The notes under the pieces: model-generated
Told to the model about the DNA's origin: nothing
Seen by the model: only the letters and a program-made list of their open reading frames with translations
Database searches by the model: none
Virus record (IMG/VR): IMGVR_UViG_3300037484_000639
Location: 1 to 40,759 of that record
Origin: a virus
Lineage: Duplodnaviria; Caudoviricetes
Strand: one strand, 5' to 3'
Length of the DNA stretch: 40,759 nt
Shown here: in pieces, positions 9,023 through 18,661 of the stretch
How positions within the stretch are numbered: the stretch's first letter is position 1
Layout of the letters: each line of letters begins with the position of its first letter
Translations under genes and position numbers: made by a program

Positions 9023-9208
9023 ATGAAAAATAAAACACAATTTTATAACAGAACTATTGCTATTATTCGTCGACTGTTAGTTGCAGTGTTTTTGTGGGTA
9101 AGTATTAGTTGTGCCTTACAACGCTTGAAATGTCCACAAATGACAGAAACCGAACTATTGTTATACATACCACATTCTTTTTTATGCGACTGGAAGCATT
9201 GCAATTGA
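9023..9208 (+). CDS. Small hypothetical membrane protein
   Basis: Hydrophobic stretch LLVAVFLWVSISCAL. Confidence 0.55.
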   Translation: MKNKTQFYNRTIAIIRRLLVAVFLWVSISCALQRLKCPQMTETELLLYIPHSFLCDWKHCN

Positions 9209-9234
9209 TTATAATCAAATTTAAAGAAAAATAC

Positions 9235-9546
9235 ATGGAAAAATTTACAAAAGAAAAAATTAGAGTTATTAACTGGATTTCAAAAGAGTTACTAAACGAT
9301 TTTGAGGTAAGATGTGGATTTGAGGACTTTGTAAAAAATGAAATGTACATTGAATTATCCGCGATTATTTATTCTAATTTAGCTGATGAAAGGGAATTGG
9401 TTTATTTTTGCAAAAGACCTACATTTATGGATTGGATACTAAGGCGAAGAGAAAAAGCTAAATTTAATCTGAAAATTAAAGATTTATTGTCAATCCCTGA
9501 AAAAACAAAAGGGACTATAAGAACTTTTGATATAACGATGGTTTAA
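9235..9546 (+). CDS. Hypothetical protein
   Basis: ATG at 9235 within the track ORF. Confidence 0.6.
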   Translation: MEKFTKEKIRVINWISKELLNDFEVRCGFEDFVKNEMYIELSAIIYSNLADERELVYFCKRPTFMDWILRRREKAKFNLKIKDLLSIPEKTKGTIRTFDITMV

Positions 9547-9563
9547 TTTAAAAAATTGACGAA

Positions 9564-10685
9564 ATGGAACTAATGCTAGTAAATAGGGGCTTTACCTCAA
9601 CAAAAAACATAGTTTTCAACCCCGGCGAATTGTGGATTGTTGACGACAAGCAGCGTCAAAGATTTATTCAAACATTTAGGGATTTAGCGGTTAAACTTGA
9701 AGATCCCAGAATTACAAAATCGGTAGAATTTATAAATTTTGATAATATTATCAAACCTTTACGGTTTAATGATAAATTTTCAAAATTGTTGATAATCAGG
9801 GCTGGTGGAATTGGCGATATTATCGCATTGACAAGCATAATTGACTATTTATTTAGAAATACCGTTTTTGTAACCCAGGAAAAATATTTTCCAATTTTTG
9901 AATGGTTTCTAAATAAACCAAGCGAAATATTGAATTTTTTGTCCCCGCTTTTTAAAGATGTGAAAAGGCATCAATTGATTTCTGGAAGATTTTCGAATTG
10001 GAGAAAATTGGCATCAGAAGGCCCGATAGAAAGTGGCGATCGACGCAACTGGATGGAGTTATTTTTTTCGTTTATTGGTGAAAATAACCCAGATAAATCA
10101 TTCTTACGGCCACAACTAAAGGCTGAAAGGATTAACCAGGATGTTTCAAATATTCAAAAATTGTCCAATGGCAAAAAATCGCTACTTATCGTAAACAAAG
10201 CAAGCTCAATGATAAGGACTTGCAGATTTGTAGACATATACACCAGTCTGCCGAAAAGAATTTTTGATGAATACCAGGTATTTTATTACGATTCAAACCT
10301 ATCTGATGTTGAAAAATTTCTTGAATATAACGCGACGAAAATTGAACAAACCACTATGGAAACCTTCTTTCTTGATTTATTTGATGCAAATCAGGTAATT
10401 TCAGTTGACACCGGGGCTTTGCATTTTCGTGAAGGGGTGGATAAGCCTGCAATAGGGCTATATAATTCTTTCACGACCGAAAGTCGTACAAAATATTATG
10501 AATATACGAAAAGTTTTGATATTAAATCTGAATGTCCCATTGCGCCTTGCTTTGAACATGGAACCCCTGAGAAATTATTTTGTTCAAAGGGTTCAAGTGA
10601 AATGTTTGCAGCCCCTTGCTTTTCAAGTGATTATAATTTAACTTTGAAATCTCAATTAAGTAAAATATTTAATGAAAATTTATGA
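9564..10685 (+). CDS. GT9-family (heptosyltransferase-like, GT-B) glycosyltransferase
   Basis: LLIIRAGGIGDII; VISVDTGALH; PAIGLY; C-terminal CPIAPC cluster. Confidence 0.82.
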   Translation: MELMLVNRGFTSTKNIVFNPGELWIVDDKQRQRFIQTFRDLAVKLEDPRITKSVEFINFDNIIKPLRFNDKFSKLLIIRAGGIGDIIALTSIIDYLFRNTVFVTQEKYFPIFEWFLNKPSEILNFLSPLFKDVKRHQLISGRFSNWRKLASEGPIESGDRRNWMELFFSFIGENNPDKSFLRPQLKAERINQDVSNIQKLSNGKKSLLIVNKASSMIRTCRFVDIYTSLPKRIFDEYQVFYYDSNLSDVEKFLEYNATKIEQTTMETFFLDLFDANQVISVDTGALHFREGVDKPAIGLYNSFTTESRTKYYEYTKSFDIKSECPIAPCFEHGTPEKLFCSKGSSEMFAAPCFSSDYNLTLKSQLSKIFNENL

Positions 10686-11218
10686 AATTGACAATTATAA
10701 CCCCGTGTTCCAGGCCAGATAACTTACAAAAAGTAAGGGAATCTATCAAACTTAAATGCGAATGGATTATTTGCCACGACTCAGAAGATCCAATTAAAAT
10801 ATTTGATGAAAAATGGATTACTGAAATTTTTGTCCAAGGCGGAGTCTCAGGAAATAAGCAGCGAAATATGGCACTGAATTACGTTTTTAGTGAAGATTTT
10901 GTTTATTTTCTTGATGACGATAATCTTTTGCACCCAGATTTAATTAAATTTTTTGAAAAAAATAAATTTGAGCATAAAGGCTACATTTTCGGACAGGATT
11001 TAGGTGATAAATTACGTTTGCCGGATAAGGAAAATATTAAAGTTAATTTTGTTGACCAAGCTCAATACTTGCTGCATTACACACTGTTACATAACAGGAG
11101 GTTTAAGCAGGTTTATGAGGCAGACGGTCACATGATTGAGGAAATTTATAGAGAATTTAAAAGTCAAATACTTGTGACACATGAAGTTATGTGTTACTAT
11201 AACAAACTAAGACAATGA
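10682..11218 (+). CDS. GT-A fold glycosyltransferase (GT2/GT43-like)
   Basis: LTIITPCSR; QRNMAL; VYFLDDDN (DxD motif). Confidence 0.82.
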   Translation: MKLTIITPCSRPDNLQKVRESIKLKCEWIICHDSEDPIKIFDEKWITEIFVQGGVSGNKQRNMALNYVFSEDFVYFLDDDNLLHPDLIKFFEKNKFEHKGYIFGQDLGDKLRLPDKENIKVNFVDQAQYLLHYTLLHNRRFKQVYEADGHMIEEIYREFKSQILVTHEVMCYYNKLRQ

Positions 11219-11916
11219 AAAAAATTGAAAAATTAAGAGAATTTTTTTACAACGGTAAAGAAAAATCAGTTGAAGATTACCAAAAAGCAATTACCGATTT
11301 TGGACTTATCAATGACGGTAACCCTACGCTTTATGGTAAAGAAGCTTTTGCAAAAGTGAAAACATTTCAAGATTTAGGAATTTATCAAACTCCAATCCAG
11401 TTTGCAAAATATCTCAAATTTCTTGAAGATTTTGAAATCAACTCTTATCTTGAAATCGGGGTGTTTCGCGGCGGGACATTGCTTTTTATGAAATATTTTT
11501 TGGAAAGCAGGAATCCTGATGTGTTAATTGTAGGGATTGATCCTAACCAAAATGAGCATGAATCTTTGAGGGAAATAATTTGGCCAAATATGTTACGTTG
11601 TACATCATTTGACATTTTTGAGAATGGTGTTTATTTTTCTGAAAATAGAGAGCCTTTTATCGCGCAAGATAGAGGGATTATAAATTTTGATCTCGTACTT
11701 ATAGATGGGGATCACTCTTACAAATGGTGTATGGATGATTATATAAATATTGGCAGATTTGCTAAACTATGCGCATTTCATGACATCATTGAACCCTCGT
11801 GCTCCGATGTTGAAAAATTTTGGAACGAAGTAAAAGTAGGCAAAAATTATGTGGAATTTACCGAAACGCTTGGCGGATATAAACATCATGGAATAGGAGT
11901 GATTATAAATGATTAA
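11215..11916 (+). CDS. Class I SAM-dependent methyltransferase (Methyltransf_24-like)
   Basis: YLEIGVFRGG; FDLVLIDGDHSY; AFHDI. Confidence 0.85.
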   Translation: MKKIEKLREFFYNGKEKSVEDYQKAITDFGLINDGNPTLYGKEAFAKVKTFQDLGIYQTPIQFAKYLKFLEDFEINSYLEIGVFRGGTLLFMKYFLESRNPDVLIVGIDPNQNEHESLREIIWPNMLRCTSFDIFENGVYFSENREPFIAQDRGIINFDLVLIDGDHSYKWCMDDYINIGRFAKLCAFHDIIEPSCSDVEKFWNEVKVGKNYVEFTETLGGYKHHGIGVIIND

Positions 11917-12493
11917 ACTACCAAATATAACCCTAGTATGTATCGATTGCATAAATTACGATGCAGCGATAAAGGCAATTAAGCATTCTGTAAAAGAAAT
12001 AAAATTCGGCAAAGTGCTTTTTTTGACCGATAGGCAGTTTTTTGGCACCAAATTTCAATTTATTAAAATTGACAAAATAACTTCAAAAGAGCAATACAGT
12101 GAATTTGTTATTAAGAAATTGGTAAATTATATAAATACAAGGTTTTGTTTAATTATTCAGGCAGATGGATTTGTGATAAATCCGCAATTATGGGATGACA
12201 ATTGGCTTGATTATGATTACATCGGTGCCCCTTGGTGGTATGATACTAACAATGTTGGAAATGGTGGTTTTTCTTTGCGCTCAACTTATTTGATGAAATT
12301 AGTTAAACAATTTGTTGAAGATCAAAATATTCAAAATGTCCATCCGGAGGATGATTTTATTTGTAGAAAAATTCAATTGCCTGGATGTACTTTTGCTCCT
12401 GATAGCGTTGCAGAAAAATTCAGCTTCGAACCAAATAAAAAACACCCTAAATTTTTGAACAATACTTTTGGTTTTCACGGTTTAGTTTTGTAA
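11909..12493 (+). CDS. DUF5672-like putative glycosyltransferase
   Basis: LIIQADGF; YDYIGAPW; VGNGGFSLRS; PED; FGFHG. Confidence 0.8.
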   Translation: MIKLPNITLVCIDCINYDAAIKAIKHSVKEIKFGKVLFLTDRQFFGTKFQFIKIDKITSKEQYSEFVIKKLVNYINTRFCLIIQADGFVINPQLWDDNWLDYDYIGAPWWYDTNNVGNGGFSLRSTYLMKLVKQFVEDQNIQNVHPEDDFICRKIQLPGCTFAPDSVAEKFSFEPNKKHPKFLNNTFGFHGLVL

Positions 12494-12528
12494 TTTTGCA
12501 TTGCATAATGGGAATTTCTTTTTTGGTT

Positions 12529-12554
12529 AGCGGCCTTTTGAGGCCGCTTTTTTT
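12529..12554 (+). terminator. Intrinsic terminator after the glycosyltransferase cassette
   Basis: AGCGGCCT-tttg-AGGCCGCT followed by a T run. Confidence 0.85.
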
Positions 12555-12582
12555 GTTCAACAATTTTCTGTAATTTTGTCAT

Positions 12583-12735
12583 ATGAAAATATTGGATCAA
12601 TACGATTATGATAAAGCATTAAGTCGGTTACAATTTCTAACCAACTCAGCTTTTCTTACTTTTGCAGAAAAAGAGGAAATGAAAAAGTTAAATAAAGAAA
12701 TTACCGATTTTGAATGTTACGCTAAATTAAATTAA
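12583..12735 (+). CDS. 50-aa protein resembling a HigA antitoxin N-terminal region
   Basis: Hand translation MKILDQYDYDKALSRLQFLTNSAFLTFAEKEEMKKLNKEITDFECYAKLN; stop abuts the terS ATG. Confidence 0.55.
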   Translation: MKILDQYDYDKALSRLQFLTNSAFLTFAEKEEMKKLNKEITDFECYAKLN

Positions 12736-13179
12736 ATGGCAGCTCCTTTAAAAAATGACTTTTGGAAACAAAGAACCACTCATGGCAGAGATAAGATTTT
12801 TTCTACTCCAGAAATTTTTATGGATGCATGCAATCAATATTTTGAATGGGCAATAGAAAATCCATTGATGGAAACAATTATACAAGGAGGAAAAGAATTT
12901 ATTGTGCCAAAAATGCGTGCTTTTACATTAAAAGGGTTATGTATATTTCTTGATATAAGCGCGCAAACATTCATAGATTACTGCAATTATAAAGATTTTG
13001 TTGAAGTCACAACGCGCGTAACAGATATTATTTACACTCAAAAATTTGAAGGATCAGCAGCTGGTTTTTTAAATCCAAATATTATTGCCCGAGATCTTGG
13101 TCTTAAAGATACTACTAAAACAGAACACTCAGGCCAATTAAACATTACCCCGCTAACTTGGTTTGGTGAAGATGAATAA
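12736..13179 (+). CDS. terS: Terminase small subunit (P22 gp3-like DNA-packaging protein)
   Basis: MAAP..N.FWK.R..HGR...YFEW...NPL...PKMRAFTL.GLC.FL...IIARDLGL. Confidence 0.9.
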   Translation: MAAPLKNDFWKQRTTHGRDKIFSTPEIFMDACNQYFEWAIENPLMETIIQGGKEFIVPKMRAFTLKGLCIFLDISAQTFIDYCNYKDFVEVTTRVTDIIYTQKFEGSAAGFLNPNIIARDLGLKDTTKTEHSGQLNITPLTWFGEDE

Positions 13180-14482
13180 TATTCAGATTCATAAAAAATT
13201 CAAACCTCTATATGCCGAAAAAACGAGATATTACATAATTACAGGTGAACGGGGTACGTCAAAATCGTTCACTGTAAATACCTTCCTATCACAAAAATTA
13301 CTACAACAAAACCAGAAAATTTTATTTACGCGCTTCACTATGGAGTCAGCTAAGGACTCTATAATCCCAGAATTTAATGAAAAAATAGAATTACTTAATA
13401 TTCAGGATCGCGTTGATGTGTATGTAAGGGATATACATTCAAAGGTTACTAATTCAAAGATAATGTTTCGTGGTATAAAGACCTCCCAAGGCGATCAGAC
13501 CGCAAAACTTAAATCTTTGACAGATGTTAACATTTGGGTACTTGACGAAGCGGAGGAACTGACAGATGAAGAAAAATTCAATAAAATAGATCTTTCAATT
13601 CGAACCAAGAAAGCTCGCAACATGGTAATAATTATCATGAACCCTACATTAAAATCACATTTTATTTATAAGCGTTTTTTTCAAGATAAAGTCTCAGATG
13701 ACTTTAACGGCATTCATGACGGTGTAACATATATAAATCTAACTTTGTTGGATAATAGGCAAAATATAGATGCTGAATTATTAGAAGGGTTGGACAAATT
13801 GAAAAAAACAAACCCGATAGCTTATTACAAAAGACTTAATTCCGGTTGGATAGATGAAAATGAAATTGGAAAAATTAAAATTACTTGGTTCAAAACATTT
13901 TCATTCAATGAAATTGACGCAAAAGCATTTAATTTTGATAAAGATTTGACATGGGATTTCGTTATTGACGGTGCATACACTAAGGCGGAGCAGAATGACG
14001 CGACTGCAATACTTGCATTTGCCAGAATTTTCAACAATCTATACATAAGGGCTGCAATAAGTGTGCGCTTAGAAATGCCTGAATTATTGAGATTTATCCC
14101 TGGTTTCTGCAAAGCAAATGGGTATAACAAAAAAAGTAGGATTTGGATAGAACCTAAAGCCAGTGGCCTATCAATAGCCCAAATGGTAAGAGCTGACACT
14201 AAATTAAATATCATAATTGACAATCCGCCAAAAGGTCGCGATGAAACCAACCACCACAAATATAAATCGGCAAAAGAGATGCGTACAGACGGTAATTTGC
14301 CATTTATGGAGGCGGGGCGTGTTTTATTGATGGAGGGCGTTGATTTTAGCTATTTTTTGGAAGAATGTAAATATTTCCCTACATTTGAGCATGATGATTT
14401 GGTAGATACTTTGAACATGGCAATCGACAAATCTGAAATGATCGAAACTGAAAGTAGTTTCTTTGGAATTGAATCAACTTAA
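13172..14482 (+). CDS. terL: Terminase large subunit
   Basis: Walker A variant TGERGTSKS, WVLDEAEE, IMNP; nuclease IDGAYT, IEPKASG, FPTFEHDDLVD. Confidence 0.93.
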   Translation: MNNIQIHKKFKPLYAEKTRYYIITGERGTSKSFTVNTFLSQKLLQQNQKILFTRFTMESAKDSIIPEFNEKIELLNIQDRVDVYVRDIHSKVTNSKIMFRGIKTSQGDQTAKLKSLTDVNIWVLDEAEELTDEEKFNKIDLSIRTKKARNMVIIIMNPTLKSHFIYKRFFQDKVSDDFNGIHDGVTYINLTLLDNRQNIDAELLEGLDKLKKTNPIAYYKRLNSGWIDENEIGKIKITWFKTFSFNEIDAKAFNFDKDLTWDFVIDGAYTKAEQNDATAILAFARIFNNLYIRAAISVRLEMPELLRFIPGFCKANGYNKKSRIWIEPKASGLSIAQMVRADTKLNIIIDNPPKGRDETNHHKYKSAKEMRTDGNLPFMEAGRVLLMEGVDFSYFLEECKYFPTFEHDDLVDTLNMAIDKSEMIETESSFFGIEST

Positions 14483-14493
14483 ATAATTATAAT

Positions 14494-14742
14494 ATGAATA
14501 AATTTAACCCCGACGAAATAAAAAAAATGTTTGACAAAATAATACCTAGGGCTGCTGGTGAAAGGGTGTTTTTGCATAAGGCTTTTTTTAAAAGGCTAAC
14601 TGATAGGGAATTTTCAATATTATGGTACATGCCAGGTGTTGATATTATCGTGTCTGATGACACGCGGGCATATATCGAACGCAGGCGACTTGATTTAGAT
14701 CTTGTTAAAACAAAGCATGCGCACGACATTGAGCTAACTTAA
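14494..14742 (+). CDS. Hypothetical protein
   Basis: ORF after terL. Confidence 0.6.
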   Translation: MNKFNPDEIKKMFDKIIPRAAGERVFLHKAFFKRLTDREFSILWYMPGVDIIVSDDTRAYIERRRLDLDLVKTKHAHDIELT

Positions 14743-14817
14743 ATAATTTAGGTACTAAAACTTAATATTTTTACGTAATTTTGTTTAAAATATAAAAATT
14801 AACTAATACTTAAAAAA

Positions 14818-15111
14818 ATGGCAGGCAGACCACGAAAAGTATATCCAGGTGAAGGTAATTTCTCCGAAGACGAAATTGAAGAAATCAAGAACGAAACTTT
14901 TGAAACGGAAACAGAGGACGAAATTGAAGAAAAAGAGCTATCAATGTCCGAATTGGATCAAAAAACAATTAGTTTACTTGACGAATTAATTGAAAATTTG
15001 GCCAAAACAGAATCTGTGAAAAGAAACGCAGGCAAGCCACATCGTTACGCTTTTTTTACGCGTGTGCAATTAGATCGTTTATCAATGAACTTCAAAAAAT
15101 CGATAAGATGA
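14818..15111 (+). CDS. Hypothetical protein with AT-hook-like GRPRK and acidic tract
   Basis: MAGRPRK N-terminus. Confidence 0.65.
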   Translation: MAGRPRKVYPGEGNFSEDEIEEIKNETFETETEDEIEEKELSMSELDQKTISLLDELIENLAKTESVKRNAGKPHRYAFFTRVQLDRLSMNFKKSIR

Positions 15112-15932
15112 TTAAAGGCAAACTAAATAATATCGAATTTGAATTTGTCGATAGATGGAGTGAACTGACATTATCGCTTTTTATTAAGATTGCAAATATT
15201 GAAGTTCCTCCTAAATTGATGGCAATGGAAATAGCTAATATCAGGATTGTTTCGGCTGTAACAAAAAAAGAAAAGGAAAAGGCAGAAAAAGAGCTAACAG
15301 AGGCAGAAAATGCCATATTAGAAGATGATATTATAAAGCATTTTCCTATTTACTACGGGAAATTGCTTGAAGTATTGATAGACAATAAAGAGGCTGTTGA
15401 TATGATAAACTGGAAGGATCGTACTTCTATATATGAATTTAATATCAAGCAATTTGTTTTGTCTATGATTCTTGAAAACCCGGTACAGTCGTTAAATAAC
15501 AAATTGGTGCCTTATTCGCCAAAAGAAATTGAATTTTTCAATGTTGGAAAGGAAAAATTCTATATGCCAGAATCAGTTAGGCTGTTTGGTGAAATCGTGC
15601 CAATGGGCAATGAGCCGATAATTTCATTTTCTGAAAGTGTGGATATGGATTTAGCTAGGCAAGGTCTTATTGACGGCGGGATTAACAAGCTCGCTTTTTT
15701 TATGGCTGTATATTGCAGGAAAAAAGGAGAAAAATACAACCAACAAAATACTATTGCCAGACAGGATCTTTTCAATGATTTGACAATGGATGTAGTTTGG
15801 TCAGTTTTTTTTTACATCGCAAAACTTACCAGCGAATCTATGAAAACTTTAGCATACTTTTCAAAAGTTCTGGAGTTAGAAGAACGAACGAAGTTGGTAA
15901 GACAGGCCAAAGCGCAAAAATGCGAAACATGA
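15108..15932 (+). CDS. Putative tail assembly chaperone (G-like)
   Basis: Located in the tail module; T9 slippery run at 15805-15813 overlaps an open -1 frame. Confidence 0.55.
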   Translation: MIKGKLNNIEFEFVDRWSELTLSLFIKIANIEVPPKLMAMEIANIRIVSAVTKKEKEKAEKELTEAENAILEDDIIKHFPIYYGKLLEVLIDNKEAVDMINWKDRTSIYEFNIKQFVLSMILENPVQSLNNKLVPYSPKEIEFFNVGKEKFYMPESVRLFGEIVPMGNEPIISFSESVDMDLARQGLIDGGINKLAFFMAVYCRKKGEKYNQQNTIARQDLFNDLTMDVVWSVFFYIAKLTSESMKTLAYFSKVLELEERTKLVRQAKAQKCET

Positions 15933-16081
15933 TTTATGAAGCTGCAATGACCAACGCTTTTAGTTCTATTGCCGATGCTGAAAATACTAATTTGTACGAT
16001 TTCTTCGATTTCATGAGCTACAAACGAAAACAAGATGAACAAATTGAAAAGTATATCAACACAAAACGAACTAAGAAGTAA
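15804..16081 (+). CDS. -1 frame extension (GT-like chaperone C-terminus)
   Basis: The -1 frame is open from the slippery site to 16081 (...AENTNLYDFFDFMSYKRKQ...). Confidence 0.5.
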
Positions 16082-16208
16082 TATAGATCTGATAGATTAC
16101 ATTCTCAACTCTCTATGTATGAGAGAATTAAACGCAGACGGGCGAAAACTGATAAACAAATTAAGGGCACAATTTCAAACAAAATTAGATGAACTTACAG
16201 GAACTTGA
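16035..16208 (+). CDS. 57-aa hypothetical protein (not in track)
   Basis: Hand translation MNKLKSISTQNELRSNIDLIDYILNSLCMRELNADGRKLINKLRAQFQTKLDELTGT fills the gap. Confidence 0.45.
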   Translation: MNKLKSISTQNELRSNIDLIDYILNSLCMRELNADGRKLINKLRAQFQTKLDELTGT

Positions 16209-16599
16209 AGCAAAATTAATATTGGTAGGTGAAAGTGGGGTTAGTGAAGTGAAATTTGATTTTGCTCAGTTCCTTAACATTAATCTTCACAAATCATATC
16301 CTTATGTGCTATGGGATATTAATAATTCAATAAAACAAAAGAATAGACGTGATAATACCTATACTCTTGAACTTGATGTTTTCATAATTGGCAAATACCC
16401 TGAGAAAATATACGATAAACTTCGTGTATGGGATGAATTAGAAGCTTATCTTGTCTCTTATCTTGCTGTTGTAGAAAGTGATAGCTATATAACGATTGAA
16501 AATATAACAATACGTACAGATTATTACGATACAGGTCTATTGTCTGTTGATGGAGAATATGGTGTAAAGAATAGGTTAACGCTTAAAATATGGTGCTAG
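16189..16599 (+). CDS. Putative tail terminator/completion protein
   Basis: Size, YP.V motif and position. Confidence 0.55.
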   Translation: MNLQELEAKLILVGESGVSEVKFDFAQFLNINLHKSYPYVLWDINNSIKQKNRRDNTYTLELDVFIIGKYPEKIYDKLRVWDELEAYLVSYLAVVESDSYITIENITIRTDYYDTGLLSVDGEYGVKNRLTLKIWC

Positions 16600-17132
16600 A
16601 CTCAGTTTCATACGAACAAATTAAAAATTTGATCTCTGGTGAATTAAGAAGTTCCTGGGAGGCGCAAGGGCACAACATGACCGGGGCTATCATTGACAAA
16701 CTGGAATGGGTTGCAAAAGAACAAGCCGATAACTTACGTATTGAGCTATATGCAAGAAAATATGGAGCTATTATTGATAGGGGTACACCCGCTAGCCGTA
16801 TACCGTATAGCGGTAAGGGTATACCAGGCAGGGCTAAAACATCGCTATACATAGAAGGGTTAAGAAGGTATGCTGAAAAACGTATGGGCGCAACTGGTAA
16901 AGAGGCGCTGGGTATTGCTTTTGCAATTGCAAATGTGCAAAAAAAAGAGGGCATGCCTACCCGGAATAGTTACGGGTTTTCAAAAACTGGTGAAAGGCTA
17001 AATTGGGCCACAAATGTTATCGATGATAGCGATATTATTGTGACTGAACTTAACAGGATTTTTACTAAAATTTTCAAAATCCGTATCGAAAACAGGTTAA
17101 CAAACATTATTAAAGAATTTAATCAGCCATGA
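16590..17132 (+). CDS. HK97 gp10-like neck/tail-completion protein
   Basis: TGAI...YGAIIDRGT...AFAIA...KEG pattern. Confidence 0.65.
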   Translation: MVLDSVSYEQIKNLISGELRSSWEAQGHNMTGAIIDKLEWVAKEQADNLRIELYARKYGAIIDRGTPASRIPYSGKGIPGRAKTSLYIEGLRRYAEKRMGATGKEALGIAFAIANVQKKEGMPTRNSYGFSKTGERLNWATNVIDDSDIIVTELNRIFTKIFKIRIENRLTNIIKEFNQP

Positions 17133-18661
17133 GTTTGACAATTACACCACCGACAACAATTATAACCAACAAACCTATATACACTGTTGATACTTCATTG
17201 ATTGAGGATGCATCTCATAAAAATATAAGGATTAGGGCGTCTATAAGGATTGACGCTGAAACGGTCGCAATTGTTGAACAGCCAAAAGGATTGACTAACT
17301 TTGATTTTACAAAAATTCTGGATTCATTTGCCGGAAAATTACTATATGACCACAAATCGAGTAGCAAAATAATAACCCCGGCCGTCGAAGTTATTACGGC
17401 TGCATGGACAAACGTTGACTTTACAATATTTGCTTCGGCAAATAAAAATAATTTTTATGGACAAATACCGTCCAGCGGGGCAGCATGGGTAAGATCAAAT
17501 TCATTTGCATTAAATAAAGGCGATATCGTTTGTTTTAGTACAAATACGACAACAGGGTTTGATGGCAGCCCAGGTACTGGTTATATACGATTAACAACAT
17601 CCACAACAAAAGATGCAGGAGTAATATACCAGAAGGCATTAACATCTTCAACAGTGCATTCGACTACATTTTTTATTGAGGCAGAGGCCACATACGCAAA
17701 TGCGTACATATGGTTTGGTGGAGAAAGTGATGGTTCATACAGTATAATAGGAAAAGTTTCATGCGTTAAAATACCCACTGGCGAAACAGCTCAATATGGT
17801 AGGCCGTGTGTTTATTACAGGCCTGTTTTTCAGACTTATTATGAAGATGCATCAAATGTAACTCAGGCACCAAGCGGGGAACTTAGTTATCAAGATGTTT
17901 TTTTGTATGTGCCAGTAAAATCTGCAAATAATATAAGTAATTACATATTAGGAGCTTCTAATAAAAGATTTCTTTCAAAAAGCGCATATGTAAATGATTT
18001 TTTGAATGAGTCACCGATTGTTACATTCCCATCGAGTAGGTATCATAATAGGGTTTTAGGAGTAACTAATTTATCGTATGGAAATACGTTATTTTATACA
18101 AAAGCTCCATCTATGACTCAATTAACTGTTGATTTTTTGCATGGTGGTTGGTTTTTTGTCAATCTTGAAAATGAGTCGTTTGGTGAACTCACTGATTATA
18201 CTGAATTTTGGCTTGTATACGATTATCTATTTGATAATACAGATATGAGTTACTACCATCGGCTAAATGTTGAACAAAAATGTTATCCAGATCCTATAAT
18301 TCTTGATTTTCAGGGTCGTTTTGGAAATGAATCAGTTGTTTTGTCAGGGTTCAAAAAAAACAAAATACTTGCTGATAAGGATTTCTTTTATAACGAATTT
18401 GGTATGAGTGTGCCAATTTACGCAAAATATTTAAAACAAATAGTTGCCGGGACTTTGCCTCAAAGTGAAGATTTTTTTGAATTGATCGGCGAATTAATAT
18501 CAAGCGAAAAAACTGTTTTGATGCAAACTGATGAACCAAACAATTATGACCATGATAATTGTGTCCCGGTTGTGATCGGAAATAGGAATATTACAACGAT
18601 AGACGGTATTGGAATGATGGAAAATGAAATAGAAATAACCTATTGGCCATACGATGAATAA
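17129..18661 (+). CDS. Virion tail-tip structural protein
   Basis: 510 aa, beta-rich, in the tail module. Confidence 0.6.
   Translation: MSLTITPPTTIITNKPIYTVDTSLIEDASHKNIRIRASIRIDAETVAIVEQPKGLTNFDFTKILDSFAGKLLYDHKSSSKIITPAVEVITAAWTNVDFTIFASANKNNFYGQIPSSGAAWVRSNSFALNKGDIVCFSTNTTTGFDGSPGTGYIRLTTSTTKDAGVIYQKALTSSTVHSTTFFIEAEATYANAYIWFGGESDGSYSIIGKVSCVKIPTGETAQYGRPCVYYRPVFQTYYEDASNVTQAPSGELSYQDVFLYVPVKSANNISNYILGASNKRFLSKSAYVNDFLNESPIVTFPSSRYHNRVLGVTNLSYGNTLFYTKAPSMTQLTVDFLHGGWFFVNLENESFGELTDYTEFWLVYDYLFDNTDMSYYHRLNVEQKCYPDPIILDFQGRFGNESVVLSGFKKNKILADKDFFYNEFGMSVPIYAKYLKQIVAGTLPQSEDFFELIGELISSEKTVLMQTDEPNNYDHDNCVPVVIGNRNITTIDGIGMMENEIEITYWPYDE

Noticed and set aside
9564-12493. Host LPS locus or Gtr-type serotype conversion cassette
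   Set aside because: The genes are embedded co-directionally in the phage operon and lack GtrA/B-like membrane proteins.
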